Of a DNA stretch of 43,731 nt, positions 33,977 to 41,737 are shown piece by piece. The position numbers and the translations under genes were made by a program. This DNA is from a virus. Below the pieces are notes generated by a model, which worked only from the letters and a program-made list of their open reading frames with translations, searched no databases and was not told the origin of the DNA. Each line of letters opens with the position of its first letter. The first letter of the stretch is position 1. Location of the stretch: IMG/VR virus record IMGVR_UViG_3300045988_034292, positions 1 through 43,731 of that record; one strand, given 5' to 3'.

Positions 33977-35023
33977 GTGAAATTTATTGACCTATTCGCA
34001 GGAATCGGTGGTTTCCGTTTTGGAATGGAGAGTGCCGGACATGAATGCGTGGCATTCTGTGAAATTGACAAATTTGCTAGAGCAAGTTACAAAGCAATCC
34101 ATAACACTGAAGGAGAAATAGAATTACATGACATCACACAAGTCACCGACGAGGAAATCAGAAACATTGGACACGTTGACGCAATCTGCGGAGGTTTTCC
34201 GTGCCAAGCTTTCAGCATTGCAGGAAATCGAAGAGGATTCGAAGATACTAGAGGAACTCTCTTTTTTGAAATCGCAAGGTTCGCCTCTATACTCAAACCT
34301 AAATATCTTTTCCTTGAAAACGTCAAAGGACTCCTTAACCACGACAAAGGAGATACCTTTGAGGTCATCCTCTCAGCGTTGGATGAACTTGGGTATGATG
34401 TGGAATGGCAAGTGCTTAATAGCAAAGATTTCGGAGTACCACAAAATCGGGAACGTGTGTTCATTATCGGACATCTTAGAGGAGAACGTGGACGAAAAAT
34501 TTTTCCTATCGGAGGAGAAAACGAAAAATCTAGTGCTGAACGGCTAGGAATTAATATTTTAGGGAATACCAAAAACCCTAACGGAACAGCGCAAGGGACT
34601 AGAGACATAGTACACGACCCTAAAGGGATTGTGGGAACGTTGACAGCGGCAGACTACAAAGGACCTAAACAAGTTGATATACCAGTACAGCCTAAAATCC
34701 GTGTTCGTGAAGCAACCAAGCAAGGCTATGCTGAAGCAAGCGTGGGAGATAGTGTTAATTTAGCACATCCAAACTCTAAAACACGCAGAGGGAGAGTTGG
34801 GAAACAGATTGCTAATACTCTATTGACCGGCGAGAGCCAAGGTGTGGTAGAGCCTAGTTTCCGCATTCGCAAATTAACACCTCGTGAGTGTTGGAGATTG
34901 CAAGGTTTCCCAGATTGGGCGTTTGATAAAGCGCAAGAAGTAAACAGTAACAGTCAGCTATATAAGCAAGCTGGGAACAGCGTTACTGTGAATGTCATTA
35001 AAGAAATAGCGAGGTATCTATGA
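33977..35023 (+). CDS. DNA (cytosine-5) methyltransferase, orphan
   Basis: 348 aa with a GTG start. Motif I is DLFAGIGGF, IV is GGFPCQAFS, VI is ENVKGL, VIII is QNRERVFI and X is GNSVTV. No adjacent restriction endonuclease candidate. Confidence 0.9.
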   Translation: MKFIDLFAGIGGFRFGMESAGHECVAFCEIDKFARASYKAIHNTEGEIELHDITQVTDEEIRNIGHVDAICGGFPCQAFSIAGNRRGFEDTRGTLFFEIARFASILKPKYLFLENVKGLLNHDKGDTFEVILSALDELGYDVEWQVLNSKDFGVPQNRERVFIIGHLRGERGRKIFPIGGENEKSSAERLGINILGNTKNPNGTAQGTRDIVHDPKGIVGTLTAADYKGPKQVDIPVQPKIRVREATKQGYAEASVGDSVNLAHPNSKTRRGRVGKQIANTLLTGESQGVVEPSFRIRKLTPRECWRLQGFPDWAFDKAQEVNSNSQLYKQAGNSVTVNVIKEIARYL

Positions 35024-35310
35024 AAAAACATAAAGATTTAAGCGTTGCCACAATTCTGTTAGTGGTATCCCTAGCCATCAACGTTGGTACAGTAATCAGC
35101 GTGGTCAACAGACCAGTGGAAGCTATCGTGGTGCATAAGGCTGACAATGCCACTGTATTGCACGGAAAGATTACCGGCAAGGAAATGGTCGGGAAACTCT
35201 ACACGCTTGACTGCGGTGCTTACGGAAAATTCCTTGTCAGCAAGGAACAGTATGATAGCGTGAATGTTGGGGATGACATTCCGAGCTATTTGAAAGGGAG
35301 AGGGAATTAA
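35020..35310 (+). CDS. Small membrane-anchored protein (DUF1372-like)
   Basis: 96 aa with an N-terminal TM (ATILLVVSLAINVGTVISVV). Start overlaps the methyltransferase stop. Confidence 0.55.
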   Translation: MKKHKDLSVATILLVVSLAINVGTVISVVNRPVEAIVVHKADNATVLHGKITGKEMVGKLYTLDCGAYGKFLVSKEQYDSVNVGDDIPSYLKGRGN

Positions 35311-35311
35311 G

Positions 35312-35743
35312 ATGACGAAAACCACTGGATTACCAAGTTACTTTGAGCCTGAGCAAGAAGGTGCAAGGTACGGCTCGTTAGAAGAACTTAAAGAGTTGCT
35401 GTTACTCAAGCGTATAGTGAAATGGGATAAAGATTTTCTGCTGCTTGAAGACGGTACAAAGGTAACTATTGAGATGTCAGAAAGTGATTGTTGTGCCTAT
35501 GCGGGCGGGGAGTTCAAAGATGTCAAGCTAGACGCGGTTATCACTGATGTCAAAATCGGTGATCAAGTAACAGAGAAAGACGATGATGGGATGACAGAAA
35601 GCAAGAATACAGTCACTATTTTCCACAATCAAAACCCTATAGCATTGGCAGAATGTGAAGCAGACGATGGCAACGGTGGATATTATTACAGCGTAGCGTC
35701 CATTGTTATTGGGAACATTCATTTTCCAGTAGTTGAGGCTTAG
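35312..35743 (+). CDS. Hypothetical protein
   Basis: 143 aa acidic ORF, tightly packed with its neighbours. Confidence 0.55.
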   Translation: MTKTTGLPSYFEPEQEGARYGSLEELKELLLLKRIVKWDKDFLLLEDGTKVTIEMSESDCCAYAGGEFKDVKLDAVITDVKIGDQVTEKDDDGMTESKNTVTIFHNQNPIALAECEADDGNGGYYYSVASIVIGNIHFPVVEA

Positions 35744-35756
35744 AAGAGGTGAGCTC

Positions 35757-36467
35757 ATGAGTGTTAGATACAAATATTCCGGGCTGACCGAGGAATTATA
35801 CCAACGGTTAGTCAGTGAACATGCAGCACTGAGAGAGACGCACAAAAAAGGCTCTTATAAGCAGTATTTCCAAGAAGTGCGACAGTGCAGCGAAGCGCAA
35901 GCTAGAAATATTTATCAGAAATTCAATAGCGTAGTCGTAGGACGATTGAAGCTATCGCCTAAGACTGCGAAAGAGCTGGAAGGCATTATTTCTGATGAAC
36001 TATTCAGCGATATTCAAAGCTATCTGTCTAAACACTATACGAGAGGGACGATCACTCGCCCAGAAGTAGACAGAACCAATGCAGGACTGCCAGAAGATTT
36101 ATATAAGCGTTTCCGTGCAGAAGTTGAAGTGCTTAGAGCGAACCATAAAACTGACATCACTAAATATATTATGAGTGTCAAAGGTTGCACTAAGAAAGAA
36201 GCTAACAAAATCAGAGACTCAATCAATCGCTGCTATGCGGAAGATATCACGCTGGGGCCTCTCAAGGTAATTCAAATGGAAGGGCTACTTTCAAGAGAAT
36301 TACTAGGTGATATGGCTAGATATGTTTTTAATAATTACGAGTGGTCTGACAAGCTAGATAGTGAAGTTGACCGCATCACCTTAGAATATCGCACTAAAGG
36401 CAAGGTAGGTCGTAATAAAGCAACGGTCAGAAAAGCTCTTTATACAGCCTATGCACTAGGCGTGTAG
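35757..36467 (+). CDS. Hypothetical protein with an internal tandem duplication
   Basis: 236 aa from ATG 35757 (RBS gaggtg; the track ORF starts at 35733). The two halves share GL.E.LY.R...E...LR..HK...Y......C...A..I. Confidence 0.55.
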   Translation: MSVRYKYSGLTEELYQRLVSEHAALRETHKKGSYKQYFQEVRQCSEAQARNIYQKFNSVVVGRLKLSPKTAKELEGIISDELFSDIQSYLSKHYTRGTITRPEVDRTNAGLPEDLYKRFRAEVEVLRANHKTDITKYIMSVKGCTKKEANKIRDSINRCYAEDITLGPLKVIQMEGLLSRELLGDMARYVFNNYEWSDKLDSEVDRITLEYRTKGKVGRNKATVRKALYTAYALGV

Positions 36468-36506
36468 CTAGAACGGTTTACAAGGGTTCGACTCCCTTGC
36501 TAGCTA
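36466..36506 (+). other. tRNA-like acceptor-stem / T-arm minihelix (not a complete tRNA)
   Basis: agctag (36466-36471) pairs with ctagct (36500-36505). The T-arm is caaggg/cccttg with a canonical 7-nt T-loop TTCGACT (36487-36493). Only 9 nt stand where the D and anticodon arms would be. Confidence 0.5.
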
Positions 36507-36781
36507 TTGTCTGTCAAAATATCCAAGAGACACTTTTTTAACATCGTCAAGCTGACAGACCTTGACACCAAAAATCCAGTAAATAATAAGTTATAGAATC
36601 GAGGAACCTTTTTTATTTCTTTCAAATCATAAGCCTTGCATTGCTGGTAGCATGGCTAAATCTAATGTATGGGAGGTGGTACCCTAATCCTTCTTTATTC
36701 TTGTATAAAAAAAGACCCAGACTAATGCCTAGGACTGTTCAAACGCTAATAATATTATTATACCATAAAGGAAACGAATTT

Positions 36782-37180
36782 ATGAGAACAGTTGAACGGC
36801 TGCAACAAATCAAAGCACTTGATAGGTACATTGACAGTCAGATAGAACAGATTAAACGACTGGAATCACAAGCGCTCAAAGTAACGGCTGGTGCTATGCA
36901 GACTGACATGGTACAAGGTGGTAAGCGTAAGGGTAAGGATGACATCTATGTCGAACTCATGACGGCTCGTGAAGAAGTAGAACGCTTCACGGCTGAAGCT
37001 ATCAAGCAGAAACTAGAGTTTCGCCGGCAGATAGCAAACGTGGGGGATATAGACGCCAGGTCCCTACTACAAATGGTATACATAGACCAGCTAGATATCT
37101 GGCAGATATGTGACCGCATGGACTTTAGTAAGGCTACCTACTATGTTAAGTTAAGACAAGCTGAGAAGTATTTGGACTAA
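36782..37180 (+). CDS. Putative late-gene transcriptional regulator (ArpU / DUF1492 / sigma-70 region-4-like)
   Basis: 132 aa from ATG 36782 (the track ORF extends to 36641). It is the last gene before the HNH/terminase late operon. The C-terminus is HTH-like (ICDRMDFSKATYYVKLRQAEKYL). Confidence 0.5.
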   Translation: MRTVERLQQIKALDRYIDSQIEQIKRLESQALKVTAGAMQTDMVQGGKRKGKDDIYVELMTAREEVERFTAEAIKQKLEFRRQIANVGDIDARSLLQMVYIDQLDIWQICDRMDFSKATYYVKLRQAEKYLD

Positions 37181-37249
37181 TCTATAGTGGTATATACCAA
37201 TTCATACTCCACTATACTATGGTCGTGGTAATATAGTATTATCGAATCA

Positions 37250-37275
37250 GAAGGACACAGCAGTGTTCTTCTTTT
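37250..37275 (+). terminator. Intrinsic terminator between the late regulator and the HNH gene
   Basis: gaaggacac/gtgttcttc 9-bp stem (one G-U), loop agca, then tttt. Confidence 0.55.
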
Positions 37276-37294
37276 ACTTTATCTGAAAGGAGGT

Positions 37295-37819
37295 ATGCCG
37301 ATGCCAATGGTCAGACGATGTAAGGCAGAGGGGTGCCGTGCCTTAACAGAAAGACCAGCACACTACTGTACTGCACACCACAGTATGGAAGCAGCATACA
37401 TAGAGGAACGACAGAGATACTCACGTACTAGATACAACAAGCGAGTAAGGAACAGAGACGATGAGAGTAAGGAACGCTATGCGTTCTATCGTTCAAAGAC
37501 TTGGTCTCCTATTCGTAAGATAGCGTTGGAACGTGACAACTATCTATGTCAGTATTGTCTAGCGTTGGGTGTGACCACACCAGACGCACGCATAGGCGAC
37601 CACGTAACACCCATTGAAATAGCGCCAGAACTTAGGACAGAAATTTCAAATGTAGTGGCGACGTGTAGAAGTTGCGATAATACCAAGAGGACCTTGGAAC
37701 AAGAAATCTATGGCACTGGTCAAAATAGGACGAAACAGAACACGGAGCTACGACTTTCCGTGGCAGCGTGGGCAGGTTTAATAGCCCGGAAAAAAGAGGA
37801 CGTCGTTAAACCCCTCTAA
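37295..37819 (+). CDS. HNH endonuclease (packaging-associated)
   Basis: 174 aa with CQYC...GDHVTPIE...CRSCDNTK. It lies just upstream of the cos-like region and terS, as in HK97-like cos phages. Confidence 0.85.
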   Translation: MPMPMVRRCKAEGCRALTERPAHYCTAHHSMEAAYIEERQRYSRTRYNKRVRNRDDESKERYAFYRSKTWSPIRKIALERDNYLCQYCLALGVTTPDARIGDHVTPIEIAPELRTEISNVVATCRSCDNTKRTLEQEIYGTGQNRTKQNTELRLSVAAWAGLIARKKEDVVKPL

Positions 37820-37881
37820 TAAGCCCATAGCACGATTTTATAATAAGGGTGGTATAATAACCCTCGACACAATTTAAAATT

Positions 37882-37944
37882 GACCCCCGCCCCTTTCTCG
37901 TGCCAAGGAGAGCCGCCACAAGGTGTTGTCTTACACCGCACGCC
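37882..37944. other. Putative cos site region (locally GC-rich)
   Basis: gacccccgcccctttctcgtgccaaggagagccgccacaaggtgttgtcttacaccgcacgcc stands out from its AT-rich flanks. It is flanked by (A/G)AGGGT repeats at 37845, 37951 and 37964. Confidence 0.5.
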
Positions 37945-37994
37945 AATTTTGAGGGTTTTAACAAGGGTCTTTTTTTAATTTAGGAGGTGAGAAA

Positions 37995-38474
37995 GTGGCA
38001 AATAAGTCACCAGCAAGGCGAGAGCCGTTTTACAAGCAAAATGACCGTTTTCTACCACTTGACCCGCCAAACTATCTAGGGACAGTGGCGAGGACGGTTT
38101 GGACTAAAATCATTCCATTTTTAAAAGCAACAGAAAAGGTCGAGCGTATCGATACGTTTCTAGTGGAAACCTACTGCACAACCTATGAGATTTACAAAAA
38201 AGCCTATGAGGACGTGAAAGAAAACGGTATCCAAACCGAGATTATCAAAGTTATTCAATCGCCTGGTACTGGTGAAATTTTAGGCGAGCAATCAATGGGA
38301 TTCAAGAAAAACCCAGCCGTTGCGACGATGAAAGACGCTGCCGAAACCCTTAATAAAATAGGCATTCAGCTAGGCCTAACACCTAAAGGACGGGCAGAAT
38401 TGGCTGAGATAGCCGGAAGCCAAGCGGATAATAAGTCTCTAGGGGATATGATGAAAGAATTTTTAGGGAAATAA
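37995..38474 (+). CDS. terS: Terminase small subunit (P27 family-like)
   Basis: 159 aa with a GTG start after aggaggtg. The N-terminus PARREPFYKQNDRFLPLDPPNYL and overall length are typical of P27-family TerS. Confidence 0.8.
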   Translation: MANKSPARREPFYKQNDRFLPLDPPNYLGTVARTVWTKIIPFLKATEKVERIDTFLVETYCTTYEIYKKAYEDVKENGIQTEIIKVIQSPGTGEILGEQSMGFKKNPAVATMKDAAETLNKIGIQLGLTPKGRAELAEIAGSQADNKSLGDMMKEFLGK

Positions 38475-38485
38475 AAAAGAACGGC

Positions 38486-38617
38486 TTATGCCATTCCGAG
38501 ATATTCTTTTAGTAGTTTTTCGATAAGCTCTGCCACACTGGTATTTTCTTCGATAGCTTGAATTTTTGCTTTTTTGATAACATCTTCATCAATAGTTGTT
38601 GTAAATTTCTTCTTCAT
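38486..38617 (-). CDS. Ribbon-helix-helix (CopG/Arc-like) small DNA-binding protein (43 aa; not in the ORF track)
   Basis: Hand translation: MKKKFTTTIDEDVIKKAKIQAIEENTSVAELIEKLLKEYLGMA, a beta-strand/helix/helix pattern. RBS aggagg and a consensus promoter lie upstream. Confidence 0.65.
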   Translation of the reverse strand: MKKKFTTTIDEDVIKKAKIQAIEENTSVAELIEKLLKEYLGMA

Positions 38618-38635
38618 GGTTTGCCTCCTAAGTAT

Positions 38636-38685
38636 ATTATACGTGATTATTTATAATTGTACAATACGTACATACGTGTTATAAT
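38636..38685. promoter_or_regulatory. Back-to-back divergent consensus promoters sharing the palindrome TTGTACAA
   Basis: Plus strand: TTGTAC (38657-38662), 17 bp, TATAAT (38680-38685). Minus strand: TTGTAC (rc of 38659-38664), 17 bp, TATAAT (rc of 38636-38641). Confidence 0.75.
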
Positions 38686-38703
38686 ATATTTAGAGGTAGC
38701 AAC

Positions 38704-39636
38704 ATGACTAAGAAAAAGACGGATTCTGAATTTAAAGCTCAAGTCGAACAAATCGCCAAGGGCGAATACTCTTTTCTCGATGCGTACAAAGATGCAAGAA
38801 CAAAGATTACTTGCTGTCACAATAAATGTGGAAACGTTTGGGAGATAAGCCCAGATAACTTTCTTAGAGGTAAGAGATGCCCAGAATGTCAAAACGAATC
38901 AAGAATTTTGAATCGGAGAAATTCTTTGAAACGAGTGGAGGAAATAATTCGTCAAAAAAGTGGCGGGGAATTTGAGTACATTTCTGGATATGTAAATTCT
39001 AAATCTAAAGTAAAATTAAAACATTTAAGGTGTGGCAGAACGATAGTTAAGCCATTCTCAGCATTTTACGACGGTATCTCTTGTAGTTGCGAAAAGACAA
39101 ACAGAGACATCGTTGATTTTAAAAGCAATGGTGATAGAATACAGTGCAAAGCTGATTTTCAACGCTATATTGATAAGTACGTAACTGGCGAATATGTAAT
39201 AATTGGAAGATACGTAAAATCGACAAAACCGATACTTTTAAAACATGTAGAATGTGGGAATTTAACAGAAATTTCACCTCACAATTTCAAAAATGGTGTT
39301 AGGTGTGATAAATGTAAAAGCTATAAAGGCGAGTTGAAAATAAGAGATTTACTTTTGAAAAAAGGTGTATTTTTTGAAGAACAAGTCAGATTTAGCGATT
39401 GTAGACTTAAAAAACCTTTAGTATTTGATTTTTTCTTACCAATCCACAATATATTGATTGAATTTGATGGAGAACAACATATAAGACCTATTGAAAGATG
39501 GGGTGGAGAAAAAGCCTTCCAACTTCAAAGAAAAAGGGATGAGATAAAGAATAATTACTGTAAAAACAATGGTATTACCCTTGTTAGAATAGGATATTAC
39601 GAAAATATAGAACAGAAAATAAAGCGTTATATCTAA
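38704..39636 (+). CDS. Triple zinc-ribbon protein with a C-terminal Vsr/DUF559-like PD-(D/E)XK nuclease domain (homing-endonuclease-like or defence nuclease)
   Basis: 310 aa with three modules of the form GEY..L/I..Y......K....H..CG....ISP.NF..G.RC..C. The C-terminus is PLVFDFFLP...ILIEFDGEQH...KRDEIKNNYCKNNGITLVRI. Confidence 0.6.
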   Translation: MTKKKTDSEFKAQVEQIAKGEYSFLDAYKDARTKITCCHNKCGNVWEISPDNFLRGKRCPECQNESRILNRRNSLKRVEEIIRQKSGGEFEYISGYVNSKSKVKLKHLRCGRTIVKPFSAFYDGISCSCEKTNRDIVDFKSNGDRIQCKADFQRYIDKYVTGEYVIIGRYVKSTKPILLKHVECGNLTEISPHNFKNGVRCDKCKSYKGELKIRDLLLKKGVFFEEQVRFSDCRLKKPLVFDFFLPIHNILIEFDGEQHIRPIERWGGEKAFQLQRKRDEIKNNYCKNNGITLVRIGYYENIEQKIKRYI

Positions 39637-39665
39637 CGTTTTATTTTTTTTGGAAAGGAGCAATA

Positions 39666-41537
39666 GTGAAAACGAATCTGACCAAAACTCACGATATAGA
39701 TGCAGCGTATAAGGAATTTGATTTCACTGACATCGCTAAAAAATATCAAGACGATGGCACAAAATATTGCTTTGATGCCTTAGAAGGTCGAATAGTGACT
39801 GGGTACATGATTAAATTGGCATGTTTCAGACACTTACGAGACCTACAAAGGCAAGGCAACGACGACTTTCCATATACCTATGAAACGACTGAGGCGGACA
39901 AATTATTGCGTTTTGCTAGGATATGCCCAAACGTTGATACTGGTGAACCTACACAGTTGATGCCGTGGCAGAAATTCATCCTATGTATGCTTTTCGGGTG
40001 GAGAAACGCTAACGGTGGTAAACGTTTCAGCCGTGCCATTGTTTCAGTTGGTCGTGGCCAAGGTAAAACGTATTTGATGGCTATTCTTACGGCGTATTCA
40101 TACTTTATTGAAAGTTTCGGATTGTCAAACCAAGATTATCTGGTAACCTCTATCAACTTCAAACAAACAAACAAGTTGCTTGGTTACATCAAATCTATGA
40201 TGAAACAGATAATCCAAAACGAGCCTTTCAAGAGTTTGGCGAATGAAACTGAGTTAGGTTTGCATAGCGACCAAGTTATTATGAAGGCCAACAACAATGT
40301 TTTAAGGGCTATATCCGCTGAGAGTGGGCAATATGATAGTTTTCACTTTACAACCGCTATTTTTGACGAGATTGGAGAAATCGAAACAAGAGATGCAGTC
40401 TCTAAAATTGTTTCTGGGCAAGTAAAAGTCCCGAATCGACAGTTTGTCCAAATTTCTACCGCTTACCCAAATCCGTCCGTTCCGTTTAGGGAAGACCAAA
40501 GGATTATGCAGCAAGCTATGGAAGATGACGATAGTAGGGATGCTGATACGTACCTTTGCTTAGTATGGTCTCAAGACAATTTAGATGAGGTTTTCCAACC
40601 AGAAACATGGGGGAAAAGTAACCCGCTTTTAGACTTGGAACAAGAGCGTGATAACCTCATGAAAGGGTTGATGGATAAAAGGGATAGTGACTTATTAAGT
40701 GGTAACCTTGCCGACTTCCAAGTTAAGAATATGAATTGCTGGCTATTGGCAGATAGCAACAGTTTCCTTGATTTAGACGACATTGAGAATGCAGTCGTTG
40801 ATGAATTCGACATCAAGGGTAAGCGTGTTTATGTCGGACTTGACGCTTCAATGTTTAGCGATAATACGGCTATTGGTTTCGTCTATCCCTACGTTACTGA
40901 AGACGGCAGACAGAAATGGCACATCGAACAGCACAGTTTTATTCCGTGGCAACAAGCGGGCTCGCTAGAAGCCAAAATGGAGCAGGACGGTGTCAATTAT
41001 CGAGACCTAGAAACCAAGGGCTATTGTACGATTACGAGCCACCCACAAGGGCTTATCAATCCAGAAGAGGTCTATCGTTGGTTTTGTGAATATGTCGAAG
41101 ATAACCAACTGGATGTGGTCTTTTTTGGATATGACGCTATGGGGGTTTCTAAAATCATCAAGGCGTTGGAATCTAACACTAGCTTTCCAATGATGCCGAT
41201 TAGACAACGGACCAGCGAATTAAAAGACCCGACAAAATTCCTTCAAACGCTCTTTATCGAAGGGAATATCACTCGCCTTGATGATGAAATCATGCGTAAA
41301 GCCTTGATAAATGCGGTGATTAAAGAAGACAACATCGGTATTCAAGTCGATAAAATGAAATCTACTTATAAAATCGACGTTGTGGATGCCCTTATCGATG
41401 CGTTTTATGATGGCATGTATGCCTTTGAAGACTACGCTATTACCAACAATCCAACGTGGAAGGTAGAACACATGAGTCAAGAGGCCGTTTTGAATTGGCT
41501 AAAAAACCCAGATAGTGGGCTATTAGAGGAGTATTAA
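39666..41537 (+). CDS. terL: Terminase large subunit
   Basis: 623 aa with a GTG start after ggaaaggag. Walker A-like motif VGRGQGKTY and Walker B-like motif AIFDEIGE, with a C-terminal nuclease region. It is followed by the portal gene. Confidence 0.88.
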   Translation: MKTNLTKTHDIDAAYKEFDFTDIAKKYQDDGTKYCFDALEGRIVTGYMIKLACFRHLRDLQRQGNDDFPYTYETTEADKLLRFARICPNVDTGEPTQLMPWQKFILCMLFGWRNANGGKRFSRAIVSVGRGQGKTYLMAILTAYSYFIESFGLSNQDYLVTSINFKQTNKLLGYIKSMMKQIIQNEPFKSLANETELGLHSDQVIMKANNNVLRAISAESGQYDSFHFTTAIFDEIGEIETRDAVSKIVSGQVKVPNRQFVQISTAYPNPSVPFREDQRIMQQAMEDDDSRDADTYLCLVWSQDNLDEVFQPETWGKSNPLLDLEQERDNLMKGLMDKRDSDLLSGNLADFQVKNMNCWLLADSNSFLDLDDIENAVVDEFDIKGKRVYVGLDASMFSDNTAIGFVYPYVTEDGRQKWHIEQHSFIPWQQAGSLEAKMEQDGVNYRDLETKGYCTITSHPQGLINPEEVYRWFCEYVEDNQLDVVFFGYDAMGVSKIIKALESNTSFPMMPIRQRTSELKDPTKFLQTLFIEGNITRLDDEIMRKALINAVIKEDNIGIQVDKMKSTYKIDVVDALIDAFYDGMYAFEDYAITNNPTWKVEHMSQEAVLNWLKNPDSGLLEEY

Positions 41538-41540
41538 TAC

Positions 41541-41720
41541 ATGATTTTGAAGTTTTTTAAGGCAATTTGGGCTATTTTTGACATTTTGATGTTCATTTTA
41601 GCTGCAATTTCGCTTAATGTGACCACTTACCATATTGGCTACGTGTGGTTTGGCGTTAGTATGACAATCACATTCGTACTAGCTGGGCTAGTGAGTGAAT
41701 TAGCTAGCAAGAAAGGCTAG
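41541..41720 (+). CDS. Small two-TM membrane protein (59 aa; not in the ORF track)
   Basis: Hand translation: MILKFFKAIWAIFDILMFILAAISLNVTTYHIGYVWFGVSMTITFVLAGLVSELASKKG. RBS agaggag upstream. Confidence 0.45.
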   Translation: MILKFFKAIWAIFDILMFILAAISLNVTTYHIGYVWFGVSMTITFVLAGLVSELASKKG

Positions 41721-41737
41721 AAAGGAGGTGATAATAA

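Noticed and set aside
34087-34608. 173-aa minus-strand ORF and a 139-aa alternative plus-frame ORF within the methyltransferase gene
   Set aside because: The methyltransferase frame carries every canonical C5-MTase motif. The overlapping frames have no start context or recognisable features.
36400-36510. Possible complete tRNA gene around the T-arm-like sequence
   Set aside because: Only 9 nt separate the 5' acceptor-like strand from the T-arm. No D-arm or anticodon arm can be folded from the upstream sequence, which is coding. It is reported only as a minihelix.
36641-36781. N-terminal 47-aa extension of the late regulator ORF given in the track
   Set aside because: The extension (MLVAWLNLMYGRWYPNPSLF...) runs through promoter-like AT-rich DNA with no RBS. 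ATG 36782 begins the recognisable coiled-coil/HTH protein.
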